From Guillardia theta CCMP2712 (Eukaryota; Protista; Cryptophyta), in NCBI RefSeq assembly GCF_000315625.1, contig NW_005434602.1, forward strand, positions 119,848-183,847: 64,000 bases of DNA, written 5' to 3'. The notes beneath the pieces are model-generated. The model had not been told where the DNA came from, did no database searches, and worked only from the letters and a program-made list of their open reading frames with translations. This document shows, in pieces, positions 47,776-61,421 of this stretch. Position numbers and translations under genes: made by a program. Position 1 is the first letter of the stretch. Each line of letters opens with the position of its first letter.

Positions 47776-50700
47776 TTAGTCGGACAATTTGACCATGTAA
47801 GATTCCCAGGTGTCGTCGTTGACGCTTCGATAGCCGATAGTCTCATCAACTCCTTCAATTCCAAACGAAAATTTGTCGAATCCCTTGAACCAACCAGCAA
47901 CATAAACCCCTGAATTCAACACAGCAATACTCTGCGGACTTGATTGCTGACGATTTTCGTAACTGGCTACAGTATCAATTCCAACGGTGGGTTCTGAAAG
48001 TTGTTGTGTGAATCGGTATGCAGTAATTGTTGTTGGGCAATTGGATCCCGTCAAATGCAAACAAGATATCTGTACAGATCCACCATTGGTCTGGCCCGTA
48101 GAAGGTTGGGTGAAGTTTCCAACCAAGGCAACAGCAGTTGGTCGGTATGGAGCCTGAGTATCCGTTGAAATTTGTAAGATCCACTGTGAATAATACAAAG
48201 GATCCCTGACTGCGTCAGACTGTGCGAGGTACAAGACATCAGCCGTCGATGTGCTCATTCCAACCTGCTTCCATGGTCCATATCCTCCATTCTTCAAGTT
48301 GGTAGGACCACCATAAGGACCGACAGTGATGGCTGATTGTCCGATGGGCAATCCAATCGTCTTAGCCCACTTCACTCCATAAGCATTGCAGCCAATGTTT
48401 TTTGATGCGCAGGATTTGGTATAAGTCGCAGGCAACAATTCCTGGTAGGGGCGAAGCTGAAAGACGGATGTGCCATCAGGAACCGTTGAAAACGCTGGAA
48501 TCACATTGTAAGCGAAGGTGCACGTGGTAGAGCAGGAGATCACTCCAGTGTATCCCGCGCCCGTTCCTTTGGTGATCGTTACTTTCATGCCATCCAATGA
48601 ATTAGCGGAGGATACTGTTGCAGACGTGACCGATAGGCTCAAACAACTGCAGCCTCGAGGTGAGTTTGCGCATGCCTGATTGGTCAAGATATGCACAGCA
48701 CTACCATCGCACGGGGAAGCTTGAGTGCCACTCTGAACGACCTTTCCAGTGTACGATGCTGTAGCGTAGTTCAACTGGGGGCGCAAATCTACTGTTCCAA
48801 CATCGTCAAAGGTGACAACGAAGCCTGTCCAAGTAGATGTAGAAGCGGCATGCGAATACATGGTGCAATCAGGCAGTCCAGTATTTCCGAGAGATTCCTG
48901 AGAAGATGTCACAGGAGACGCTCTTAACATTGGGCAGCCAAGACTGTTCACTCTGCCAGCAGTCTTAAGACCGAAGATATCATCTCCATTGTAGCCAAGA
49001 TTCGTTTGCACGGTAGACGAAGCAGAGTTGAGGAAATACGGCTGAGCGCTTGATGTGTACATATTGGATCCTTGATATTTACTTGCTGCACTTGCCTGAT
49101 ACGATCCAATGACAAAGATCTCTCCTGAGATCGCATTCACAGCCACAGATGAAGCTGTCTCACTGGTGGTCTCGCCACCAGTTCGCCTGATCCATTCAAC
49201 CTGGGGCTGGCGCAAACTGTTTCCATACAACCCTGACACACCTTGCTTTGCAGGTGCCCCGTTACCAGAATACTTCACCAGGAAAATATCAGATAGCGTA
49301 GACAAGGATCTTAACTTTCCCGAGCAGATAGCATCATTCAAATAAAGGGTGGAAATTCCTTTCACTCCCACGGTCTTATCTCTGCTGCATGACAATGGGT
49401 ACTTCGTTGCCCCAAAGTCCGCATAATTGCTGTCGGAGTTGGTTGTAATTTGACCCGTGACATAGATGTAGAAATCAGTAATCCTGCCGTACCCTTCCCT
49501 TAACGTTGATACTGGCCCTGGAGATCCAACTATCCGCTGAGTTGGAATAGGATCAGAGGCAGATCTCTGCGGCACTTGCAATCGCGATCCCGCAAACACT
49601 GGATCTAGAAATGCAATTGCTGTTGGGGTCAATATAAAGTTGTTTTGTGTCGCATCAACAACAGTGTCACCAGAAGCCGAAACGAAGTGATACCAAACCA
49701 GAAAACCTGTGGCATCGTACGCTGCAACATACATTGATTGTTTGGTAGAGGATGCGCTGGGAGTGTATCCAAGTTGCACATAGTCACTCGCAACAGTGTT
49801 CTGCACAACATAATCTTGATTCGCCGAGACTACCCCAGAGGCTGACACAGATTGAGTTCTGCAGAGTTTCTTAAGAGTCTTCACTTGTGGTTGTGTATTA
49901 GCAGGTGGACCTTCGGTGACGGTCTGAGTATTAAAGGTACAATTTTGAATTCGGATGGAAACAGTATCCGTCGTTTTCGTGTCATGTCCAAAGGTTCCAA
50001 CAACAAATATCATGTCATTGTGCGAGGCAACTGCTGCGATGCTTCCACTTGATACTGTGTTTTCCGACGAGACTTGGCCGTCGTACATGAAGCGCACCCA
50101 AAACACTCGAAGATCATTGTCATACTGAGCCAAAAAGTTGAATTCATCATACACATTCTGCTGAAGTGCTGCACATACAGGGACACCAACAGTGACTTTA
50201 TACGCGTCTGGCATCTGACCATAGCACACGAAATTCGAGGTAAGATCCTTCTTCTGCGCCTTTCCAGTGATATAGACACCTCCGTTGGCCCAGTGCTCGC
50301 CCTTTACGTCCGAAGATGGTTTACCAGAAATCACGTAGCACGAAGTGCTGTCTGGCGTCATCTCTCCATTGCCGTCCCAATCAGGCTGAACGTAAGCAGT
50401 GCGGGTTGCCGCCTTGTAATCTTGTATCTTCCTCGACTGTCCAATTCCCTTACCACAAGTGATAGTGATAGTGAGTCCATTGTACCATTTGTCCATGACG
50501 GTCCCGGCAGTATTGACCAAATCTTGACCGGAAGCAGCAAAATAAGATGCAGCGGTGTTGGCCAGAACAATGTATCCCGGGGACTGGCCGGTTCCTTTCG
50601 ACCCAGAAACGGCAATGCCGCGATCATATTCAACATCAGTCCTTGTTACTGAAGTGGGAACATTGGGAGGATTCGAAGTAGAGCGCACTTGGGTGTTGAT

Positions 50701-53700
50701 CACATTGCTTGTTGATGCATGAAAACATCGAATCTTCAAATTTGACACCACCAGCTCCTGTCCTGACTGCGTTCCTTTGATGACTTCTGAGTTGATGAAC
50801 TGACCAAGATTTGAATATTTGATCACGAAAGCCTCTTGATAGTTGGCTCCCGCATTGGTTTGAGACGTGACCTGTCCGTATGTGTCGGTTCCAAGAATTT
50901 GAAGAGTTTTTGCAGGTGTGCTGGAGGCGACTCTTGTCTGAGTATCAACATTATAAATGTTCAGGGTCACATTTTCAACAGTACTTGGCAATCCGTCACT
51001 GTAGTATCCAACAACATAGTGATTTCCTGATGAAGCGTCCACAGTAATTCCTTGGATGGAGGCAACTTGTCCTCCAGCAGCTGTGTCAATCTTGTTAAGC
51101 CACAAAGGCTTCCCAACTTTGTCCATCTTGGCAATGAAGCTTGCACTTCCGGTGTACAGGTGGAAACTTTCTGCACCGCTCATGTCACAGTTGCCGTCCT
51201 TGACACGTGAAAAATCTGTTGTAGTTGCCACCTTGCTGGTGACATTGAAGGCAGTGATTGTTGCTTTGCAACCGTAGTTTGGAGTTGCAGATACCACTAT
51301 GATCGTAGATCCAACGTAATCCAAACTTCCACTACCTGGACCCCCAGTGAAAGTGATAGTATTCAGAGTTGTAGTTGATGAATTCACGACCAAGTAAGTA
51401 TTTGATGCTGTCGTGACAGTCAATCGCCCGAGTAGGTTTTGGTTCATGGCGATATGCTTTCCTTTGATCGTCATGTATCCATGCAGCGACCCAATCACAT
51501 AGGTATCTCCAGTGTTGGGGTCAGTAGCCATGTCGTATACTTGTACATCCTCTGGTTGACCCGCACTGCTGAAATGCAATCCCCATACGAAGTCATAGGA
51601 TCCATATTGAAATCCCCTGTTTTGATCAGAGATACAGCTAATAGATCTCGTAGAGACGTCCTCCCACCCAGTTTGAGCATAGTTCATGCGAGTGATAAAA
51701 GGGGATGACTTTGCTGCTGGTGATGCTTCAACAGTGACCTCAAAATTCTGCATGCTCTGCTGCGAGCTCAAACCAGCGGGTGGTGTCTCACAAATCAAAA
51801 TTGAATGTTCCTGGGGTCCATTCCTTGATGAAGGGCATGGTTTGCACGATCCGCCACAGTTGTTACCTGTTTCGTCACCGTCCATGCAAGACAAGAAATA
51901 AATTGTTGCCATGGCATGGTGTTGGGCTGGAATAGTGCCTTTCTGGCCTCTCAAAACTGTAATTGAAGCAGTATTCGACGATGATGTTGTGGAAACTACC
52001 TTCATGATCTCATCATCTATCTTGATGTATCCAATTGTGTTGGTTCCGCCAATTTGCCTTGTGCTTCCCTGAATGTTGGACACAACCAAATTATTCGAAG
52101 AAATGAAAAGACTGCTGGTCAGGTATGCAACAGAATCATCAGATTTCATTGTTGACGATAAAATTGCCCTTCTTGATAGCAATTCAATTTGAGATCCTCG
52201 CTTATGCGCGCTGACTTGTGTACCCAGTTGTGCTCTCTTTACGTCAAAGATACTTCCATTGATAGCCATTATCAGCATGATTTCTGCGTCCATTTGAATG
52301 TATCGTCCAGCGGTGAATTCCTGGAGATCAGACTTGGAATCAACTGTTGTATCATAGACCTGAAATACGCTCTCGTCCTGCGTCTTGAAAGCTCTCTGCT
52401 CCCACCAGGGGTTTCCATTTCCATCATTGCGAACCACAAGACTGCCAGAAGTACAAGACGATGACATGACGTTATCGACAGTCGTGGCATTCAAGTATAA
52501 AGTATTGTTATTGAGTGTGTACGAATTGACTTGCAAATATGTATCTGAACCACAACTCACAACGCATCCAACCTGAGAGCAATCTGCAGTTCCAAGAAGT
52601 TTCAAAACGTCTGTGACTTGTAGCTCACTTCCTCCGTTTGACAGTGTTGACACAGCGGTGGTTTCACCAGCAGCAATTCTTCGAACGATGTCTCCAGGAT
52701 TGATAGCTGGAGGGAGTGCCGACTGAGATGAGACTTTCATGAAGCAAAAATGGCCATCTTTCGCTGACGCTGGAGAGTAACCTTGACAAACAGCATTCGT
52801 AGAAATCGGCACTGCATTGCTGGCCGCAGCATTTTTTGATTGCTGCTGAATCCTCACCACGGAGTTCCTGCATACTTCAACAGCTCTGACAGCAGAACCA
52901 GTTGTGTGATCTCCCACAGGAGAATTGAAAGATCCTCGCTCAGTGATGTACAAAGTGCTTCCGGAAACTCCACTTACTCGAACTATCTCTTGTCCTATGA
53001 CCACATATGCTGGATCATCGGAGGTAACAACAGGAAAGTAGCTTGAGGTGAAATAGTCCATTGTACCAGAAGTAGGATCTTGATCAAGTTGCACGGTCCA
53101 AAGTGAATTCAGGGTTACGACACTTCCTGATTGGCAATTGGAAGCCGATGAAACTGCTTGCAAAGTCAACACATTCCCAGTCCAGCTTGTGACGGTAATA
53201 TTGTGAGTGTCTCCGCAGGAAATCACCCATGGACCAGTACCTTCTGCAAGAAGAACAGCAGCATTTTCCACCGTAAGGGACGTACCACCATTTGCCAGTG
53301 CAGCGCTCTGAGCAACAGAAACTGTGGTTCTGCCCTTGAAGTTGTTCTTGAAGTCCGAAGAAAGTGCTGTAGCGGCTGTACTCTTGAGATCAAAGAAATT
53401 AAACCCGCAGAGCGCAACAGCATCTTCAATGTAAATGTTCAATGATGTAGTCTTTGAAGTCCCGGCTTGGGTAGACAAGAACACAGAGTTCGAAAATTTG
53501 ATAGTTGTAATACCCTCGATCATCTTGTCATCTTTGACTGTTGCAAACAACCCCTCAATATTCCATTTTTTCTGTTGATATGTTTTGCGAAACCCAGTTG
53601 TACCAGAGAAATCAGTGTAGGATTCACCCAAATTCGTGGTGAACACTGCATCATCTGGGCACAAAAATGGATATTTGAGATAAGGAAATCCGTACGTGCA

Positions 53701-55348
53701 TGCAGTGGTTTGTGAGCCTCTACCAACACAAGTTCCACTTTGAACTGCCAATACTTGATTGTTTGACGAACATCTTGAATGTGAGCCACCAGGAACAGGG
53801 CAACTTGAGCAATGGGTAGGGAAACATGGACCACCCGTGTCAATACCAGTTTCTCCTTGGTCAATATACTTGGGAATAGCTGCAGTGCCATAGTTGTACC
53901 CCTTAGACGTTCCATCATCTTGCATTCCATTCCAGCAATGCTCAGGATATTGTTGTTTCATGGTGTCTGTTGCACTGTTGTATGCATTGTGAAGAGTATT
54001 TCCATTCATGTTGTTGGGAGACTTGAGTACATCTCCAGCTCCTGAGAGAATGTAATTGTTGTCGCCTGCTGCAGCCTTCTGTGCTCTTGATTCATCACGG
54101 ACGATGGAAGCTGGAAAACTAGTTTTGCGACATGCTTTTCCGTTGATTCTCACGATTGGATTGCTCCCTGTCAAGCCGAAGTTTTCTCCCAGAACTGTAA
54201 TGCTGGCACCTCCAGATCGTCTACTATATCTTGGCAAAACTTGTTTCACCTTGATGACATTAGCTTCATGTCCTTGACAGTAAAATTTCAATCCAGTTGG
54301 ATTATAATAGGCAGATGGAGCTTGTTTGCACATGTCGATTGTTCCATCCAGGTTGCAACAAGGATACCAGGAGTTTCCACTGTACAATGCTACGGTAGAA
54401 AGAGAAGTTGCTTCTGCACCTGGATAGTAACCTCCACGAATTTTGATTTGCTTCACATGTGAAAGTACACCAAGCATATCAATCGTACCTGAATCACAAT
54501 CAGTCACACAACAAGACAAATTGTTTTATTTGTACTAGGCTTTTTCTTGGTTCTGCTGTCAATCCATCCTGAGCCTTCGTTGAGAATCAATGTTATGGAC
54601 CCTCCCTGATTGACATCCAACAAGCATCAGATATTTGTCTTGTAAATGAAGTAGAGTAGCAACCTGTTGCGTTGCTTGAAACATCATGAGCGAAAACCCA
54701 CAGGAGGCTTCGATTATGACATCCGGAGCTTGTAGTGGAGTTGCTGTCAATGGAGTTTGCGCATGAATGAGCGTAAAGGACAGCTTTCCGTTGTAAGCTG
54801 CTGATAAATCTCCAGAAAAACTATGAAAGAATGCAACTCAGACGAATACAGCAAAACATGAGACACAAACTATAATAGCTTACCTGTCTGTAGGAGACAC
54901 AAAGTACCAAATTTCATCATTAGTATCCGAACCACTTACACCTGAGCCTCGTCCAGCCACCAACTGAACAGACGATTTCTGATTTTTGAGCGTAAGCGTA
55001 CTCCAACCTGCCAGCCCTGGCAATTGCAACGATGAAACCATAGGTTGTGGAGGTTGTGAGACGGCCAAAGGATAACTTCCAGCACTGCCGAAATGTAAAT
55101 TCACTCTTTAGTAACCATCTTTGTGGGCTACCTGGCCGAAGGCAGTAGTACATTTGAACCTGAACTATATTGTGAAGGCTGGCTATACCTGACAAGTCGT
55201 AAGCACTCAATGCCCTTTGACAAGCAAAGAAAACACACGTGTTACTACTCGAGACCACTGAAAGACCTGGGGAATTTGAATATGTAGCACTGGTAACACC
55301 ATCCAAGAATAGGAGCGAAAGGGCGATCTTGAAGATCCGTCGAACCAT
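47776..55348 (-). CDS. Large (~2,400 aa) secreted mosaic protein: signal peptide, laminin IV(B)-like domain, split IPT/TIG, phage-tail-like repeats, beta-propeller (SBBP-like) repeats
   Basis: Signal MVRRIFKIALSLLFLDGVTSA. Laminin B-like IWYFVSP..FSGDLSAAYNGKLSF..PDVII..VLSHVKQIKIRGGYY. IPT-like VLPRYSRRSGGASITVLGENFG. Propeller-like SFIAKMDKVGKPLW, DIFLVKYSGNG and MYVAAYDATGFLVW. The terminal exon is about 6.7 kb; no C-terminal TM helix seen. Confidence 0.8.
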
Positions 55349-55999
55349 TTCTCCTTTCATCCTCACTTCATTCAACTCAAATCTCCACGATACAGCTCAA
55401 TCCACAATGAACGAGTGGAATGAGGAGAGTTGATAGAGGGGACCTCCACAGAGGTGTGCGAAGGAGAGGGGGAGGGGTGGCTAGAGGAGAGTTGAGAGGA
55501 GAGCGATGGGGAGAGAGGAGGTTGAGAGAGCGGGAAAGCGTAGGAGGATTGCAGCGGCGGTTGAACGGGTAAGGTCCGTCGGTTGCCCTCAAGAATCGTA
55601 CTGATGGATGGTACTGTGGTACTGTAACACAGTACTCATTTTGTCGTATAAATATATTTGGAAATATATATACCTTAGTCTACATCGTATAAAGATTATT
55701 ATCATTATCTGGGGCTGTTTTATCAACTTGTTCTAGGTACAAGTGAAAAAGGAATGGTAAATACATATAGTTTTTATCAATCCATAAATGTCATACAATT
55801 TAAAGCATCTGGTACAATTTAAATATATTTTTAATAAGGATACATCGAAACGAAAATGGAGCCATTTTAGGACAACGGTTAGAGGATAACGAATGTTCGC
55901 TATCGGCCCGGGCAACCGGAAACCCGGCGGGCCCGGCCAGCGCGGCCCGGTAGCTACGTTACCTGCAATTGACTCAACAAGTCCCCCTCAGGATTATTT

Positions 56000-57837
56000 T
56001 ATGGAGACAATAAAGGCATCAAAAGCAGAAAGGGAATTATCCCTGCACATATTCTGCTGCCCTGTCTCATCTGCCCTCCCCAAGTCGTGACCTGCCAGGA
56101 CCTACGGAGGAGGAGGAGCCCCTTGCTCCTATTTCGAGACGGGTGCCATGCAGCGAAGGGAGTGAGTGAATGCGATGGAGGAGAGGGAACGAATGGAACC
56201 AGCAGCACTGAATGCATTCTGCAGGAACTTCAGAAGAAGTGCTTCAAGACTCTCCGCTCTCGCAGATTCAAGGAGATATCCCGTCGACAGCGTTATAGAC
56301 CAACACATCAAGCCTGTCGAAGCTCATAGCAACAGGTTGGCTTGAAGTCTAATACTTCTCAAGGGGTTTGATCTCTTCTCAGACCGTCAGCTCATAGAGT
56401 TGATGGATCTCACTACATATCAGCAACCAGAAACTCTTGGATCCCTGCCTCGACAGACCCTTCCAAGAGCCATGGAGATGAGTCGATCAGGTCCTAGGCC
56501 TGCACAGAGGCGTTGGGGAGATGTGATGTGTCATGCAGACCCGTCAGAAGCAGTGAGTCCATCATGTCATCCATCTGGCAACAAAGTCATGACACTCTGA
56601 GACACGCGTCTCAAGGGGTGGTAGCAGCGGACCTGAGAAGGTGCAGTAGCGAGGGGATGGGACTCCGTTGAGACTTGGGTTCGAGCAGGTCTACCCTGCT
56701 CCTGCAGTCGCTGCATGAGGCGAGAAAGTTCAAGGACATCGACGACGTGAGAAGAGCAGTGCAGGAACATGAGCAGTACGTGGGGGACCTTCGTAGCAGT
56801 CTAAGGTCCAAGGGTGCCTCTGCGGTACAACGCAAGGCCACAACGTAACCTTTCATGTTGTGATGAACAACTGTCGAGCTCTTACTACTTGTCCTCTTGA
56901 ATCTAGATGGAGGCATCAGTACCCAGACCTTCAGCTGGATAGAATACGAGGGAGTGTCCAGTGCATCCAAGATCGTGAAGATGAAGATGAATTCTCGAAT
57001 GAAGGAGATCGATTGATTGAAGCCGTCCGCCCAAAGACAGTCTCAACCTATCATAGAGGATTCATCTCCCGCAGTAGCAGATACAATAGGTTGGAAATCG
57101 CAAGAAATCTCATCATTTCTGGCAAGGTCGAGGAGGGAGAGGAGCTTGTACGAGAACTGAACCAGGAGGATTCAATATACAACCAAGAAGAGAATGTCAT
57201 CAACTATCAGCGAAGCACCTTCCCTGCTGCCTATCCCTCGCATCTGCTGAATGGACCAAACATCCCTGTGTCCGTTCAAAGGTGGACAAGAAAGAATCCT
57301 TGCTGTGGTTGTTGGCTGAAATACAGCACTGCAACAGGACGGAGATTTGCAGGGCGTATGAAGACATTTTCAAGGGAACACATCCAGATCATTTGGATGG
57401 AGATCTTTTCAAGCAACGCAATTCCTCGAGGTTCGTGTTTTTGCACCTTGTTTGGAATCGTGCTGATCAGCACTGCTGTCAGCTTGAACATGAGAATGGA
57501 CCTCGACAATTTTCTGGAACAGACGAAACGAAGCTCGTTGGCGTTTAGGAAGAAGCAGAAGGAAGCAGAAGAAAAGGCTCTGAGGAATAACGATCTTGCA
57601 GACAAAAGGTGTATAATGACCTCATTCTTGTTGATAGAAAGTATCGATTGATTGTTTGATGCAAGCAGGCCGAAAGCAGTACATGAAAAAGCCAAGACAT
57701 CGGAGGAAGACTGGAATAAAGATTATGGCGATGTGATGCGGATGACGATGGAAAAACTGCTAGGACGAACAGTGATCTTTGCACCTCTTGAATCAGAAAA
57801 CAACCATGACGAGAAGCAATTGACTGCCGAATGTTAG
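56000..57837 (+). CDS. Hypothetical multi-exon protein
   Basis: Frame-compatible short GT-AG introns link coding-like exons (LLLQSLHEARKFKDIDDVRRAVQEHE, RLEIARNLIISGKVEEGEELVREL). No family recognised; boundaries approximate. Confidence 0.45.
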
Positions 57838-57939
57838 AAGGCAGCGAAAACGACTGAAACGTTGAACGTGACCTGCGGAGCACAAAGAAGTACTATTTGG
57901 CCAATATGGATTTTGCAATTGAAAGTGATGATAATTCTT

Positions 57940-59557
57940 TCAGATTTTGATGCTGATCTTTTTCTGAATGAACGTTGCAAAAGGTTTTGGAAAATGCCTT
58001 CTTCGCACAAAGAACACCAGCCCCCTGATCTGCTTGACACGGAGATGTCAAACGTGCAAGATAGAAGCTTGCATCCGCACCGCTGTGTATGGGTTCTGCA
58101 GCGCGATAGAATCCTTCGTGCTCAACATAGAATTGCTCAGCCAGTATCTGCCCATCACCTCAGTTCCAATCCCTCACAATCGCAGACGTACATGGGCGAG
58201 CGTTCAAGGAAGAGCCTCTCCATCGATCGCGCTTCACGGTCTTCGTCGATGGCATGAAAGATTATCGAGAGAGCGCTCTGATCCCTACATCAAGCTTCAG
58301 TGCGAGCGAGTCAAGAGGCAGCACAAGGGAACCATCGGTGATTCGACTGGTTGCTTCCCACGGGAGCAATGCACTCCAACTTCATGCTGCATCGCCACCT
58401 GCATACCCGATTCATCACCATGGGCGACAACCTGTTTTCAACTGGTACCATGGGAGGAAAACCTCGTGCCAGGTCGAGTGATTCTTGTCCAAGGCGATCA
58501 TGCCAGCCTTCAGCGGGCTGTCAATACCAGACAGTTGAATTGGTTTCAGGTACCGCCAGGCTTTCTTTCATGTCGTATCTCCCCGGATTCTGTAGAAGAG
58601 CGGTTCAGCACGTTGCTACGGCATCACGTCAGGCTCACTAGCCCCAGTTGATTGTACTGCTCGGGAAATGCCCTTCCTCTCATCAGATCAGGCCGATTGC
58701 CTTCCACAAGAATGAGCGATGCAGGAAATCTCTAGGCCTCGTTGCGCAACCCATGCTTGCTATGACGAACCAATGACCAAACGCTCTCAGCTTTTGCTTC
58801 ACGTCGCTGCTCTCAAGTCATCTCGCTCTCCTCCCTTTCCTTCGCACGCTCCTGTACCTGAGGTTCGCACGGAGCTCTACCCCCGAGTCAAGGTACATCA
58901 GGCATGGAACACGATCCAGCGCGTCTTTCAAGATGCATGCCTGCATGACTTTGCTCAACAAGATGATCAGAGCATTCTGGCCTTACCTTCCATGCATAGT
59001 TACCAAGATGGCTGACGTGGGGTGGGAGGAGGTCAAGGTTGAAGCGGACAAGGGTTGTGCGCCACCAGCCGGAGACGTTTGCGGCTTGTTGTGTTGTGAG
59101 GCCGACATCATATACCACAATATTCAGCACAGGATGGTGGAAGTGAATCGATCCGATCAGATTCTGCCTCTAACTTCACAGCAAGAAGTAGCCTACTCAA
59201 GTCACAAACCTCCAGGCTTTCGTAGAATCTATCCGAAGCGGCTGTGACGACATGCTGCAGATCACAACCTGCACTCGCAGTGAACCATCTCATCTCGCTT
59301 TCCTCCTTGCTGCTGTTGGTTCCACTTCGGCGCCAATCTCATACTCAGTCGTGCAGGAATGAACTCGCTCTTACGAAAATTGCTCCTCTTCTCGATCTCT
59401 TTCAACCTCGACTTGCTCCTCCTCCTCACCATCCTTCTTAGCATCCTACTCCTCACATATCATGACCTGCAGTCTGCAGCTCCGCTTCTTCACCAGCTGC
59501 TGCTGTCCCCACGGTGCACAACAAACCAGCAAAGATGAAAACCGCCCTGCATTGCAT
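57940..59557 (-). CDS. DUF1647-like secreted putative glycosyltransferase
   Basis: Signal MQCRAVFIFAGLLCTVGTAAA, then VVTAASDRFY..NLIGSIH..IVVYDVGL..PPHVSHLGNYAWK, LMYLDSG, CIAPVGSNQSNHR|DQSALSII, and FFVRRRHFPKPF near the stop at 57940. Confidence 0.75.
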
Positions 59558-59694
59558 GCAAAACTGACGGTGGGACTACCGGTGTCTTTTAAACATAAGA
59601 CGTACCAATAGACTGGGTGGGTAGTGGTGAATGAAAAACATGAGCAGAGCAATATTTGATATTGAGTTGTAACATGACAAGCTAGCTAGATACT

Positions 59695-61158
59695 CTAGCG
59701 CGAAGAAGTTCCAAACTGCGAGAAGAACGACTCATCCACAGCTCCTGCGTATACCTGTAGAGAGCAAGATCACTGAACAACCATGTCATCACCACCTCCA
59801 ATGACTACCTGCTTGTACAAGACTTCCTTTCGTTTCCTTGCTTCTTCCGCTTGCCTCCTTTGCTCGTCCGCCACCTGGCGTGCTATCTCCTGTTTCCTCC
59901 TGAAGACCTCTCTCTCTCCTGCAATCAGATTCCTGCGCACCGCCTCTTGCACCAGATCCCAGTTTTGATCCTCCTCCTGCTCCATCTTCTTCTGGTTGGC
60001 CTTTTCATTCGCCTGGCGGATCTGCTCCTCGCGGATGGACCTGACCTGCTCAGGGTCGAGGCCTTTAAAGTGATACTTGATGTAGCGATGTGGAGCGATG
60101 CAGCTGATCGTGGTAGCACGGTTCTCGGTAAGCGTATCCGACGAGATCTGGTTCTTGATCTCTTCTATAGCGTCTTCCATCTCCTCCATCTTCCTGATGG
60201 TCTCCTGCTCTTTCTTGGCCTCCGAGAGCGCCAAGTTGTAATCTCGCACTGCATAGTTCATCGCAGCACGCGACTTCATCTCCTCGATCTCTAACTCTGA
60301 TCGGCGCTCGTCAATCTCTGCCTGCCTCTCCGCTAACAGCCTCTCCATCTCTCTCTCTTGCTCAATCTGGTCTTGTTTTTCTGACATTTGCTCCACGACC
60401 CACATGGCTTGCTGTTGCTGCTGCTTGCGAAAGCGATTGCCATAGTCCAAATCTTCTCCTGCAAATTTTTGCAAGGAAGCGGGACCAACAATGGGGTCGT
60501 CATCAGCCATTCTTGCTGGCCTATCTTTACGAAGACTGAGAGGGTCGTTCAGATCCCATTCCTTTCTCATGTACTTTTGCTGCATCTGGTCTCGGTAGTC
60601 TTGGATAGACATCAAGTTTTCCTTTCGCGCCCTCTGGACCTCCCTCTCCATTAGCTGAACCCTTTGCTCAGTGACAAGAAGACGGTCAGCAAAGGCTTGA
60701 TCCATCTTCTTGGCTTCTTCTTGTGACCTTTGCTTTTCTTGAATTTGTTGTTCCAACCCATCCTTGTCGATCCCGATCGTTCTCTGCTTTGCATTGAAAA
60801 TTCTGGCCTTCCTCTCTTCTTCCATTCTCCTCCTACGCTCAATCACACGAGCTTCAATTTGTTCCCTGCTGACGTCTCCGGACGTCGCCAAGACTCCACC
60901 TGCTGTTGCCTGCAAGATGCGTCAAATTCTGTTGGATCGAGTGAAAGTTCCTAACGCCCAACCTCTCCGCAGGAGGTGGTGGACTATGTCAATCCCCCCA
61001 CTTGGTCTTCACTACCTCATCTCCATTCTCCTCCTCCTCCTTCACCTCCTCCTCCTCCATTGGTCCTCAACATTCCTGCCCATTTTCTCCTCCCATCCCT
61101 CCCTTTTCCTCCCCTTGTCCACTCGCACCTCCACCATGGCCACTCGCGCGCTTACCAT
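59695..61158 (-). CDS. RIB43A: RIB43A-like axonemal microtubule inner protein
   Basis: RIFNAKQRTIGID, WDLNDPLSLRKDRPARMADDD..GPASLQKFAGEDL, HFKGL and C-terminal FFSQFGTSSR*. Probable tiny first exons (ATG|STTSCGE|). Confidence 0.92.
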
Positions 61159-61278
61159 TGTTTCGAGGGATTGTGTGAGCTCAGGGGGTAGGGTGATTAA
61201 AACATCGGGTTCCCCTGTCCAACGAACTATACTACCCCTCCAAAAATCAAATTTATGATCTGACTAGTACCGGTATCG

Positions 61279-61421
61279 AAACGGGCATTCATCGCTGGAG
61301 GGTAGAGGTAGTCAGCACCAGGGGTAGAGAACACTTGGTTCGAAACTCAACCGCCGGACGCCCGTTGGCAGTTACAGAAACGTTACCAACTGTTATCCTC
61401 CGGGCCCGCGTCTCAACGGTC
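61279..61421. promoter_or_regulatory. Cluster of Myb/MSA-like sites between RIB43A and the Tudor gene
   Basis: AAACGG (61279), TCAACCG (61347), CCGTTGG (61362), CAGTTA (61369), CCAACTG (61386) and TCAACGGTC (61413). Confidence 0.45.

Noticed and set aside
47776-54519. Endogenous virus or prophage insertion
   Set aside because: The gene has spliceosomal introns, a signal peptide and eukaryote-like domains. There are no viral hallmark genes or insertion boundaries.
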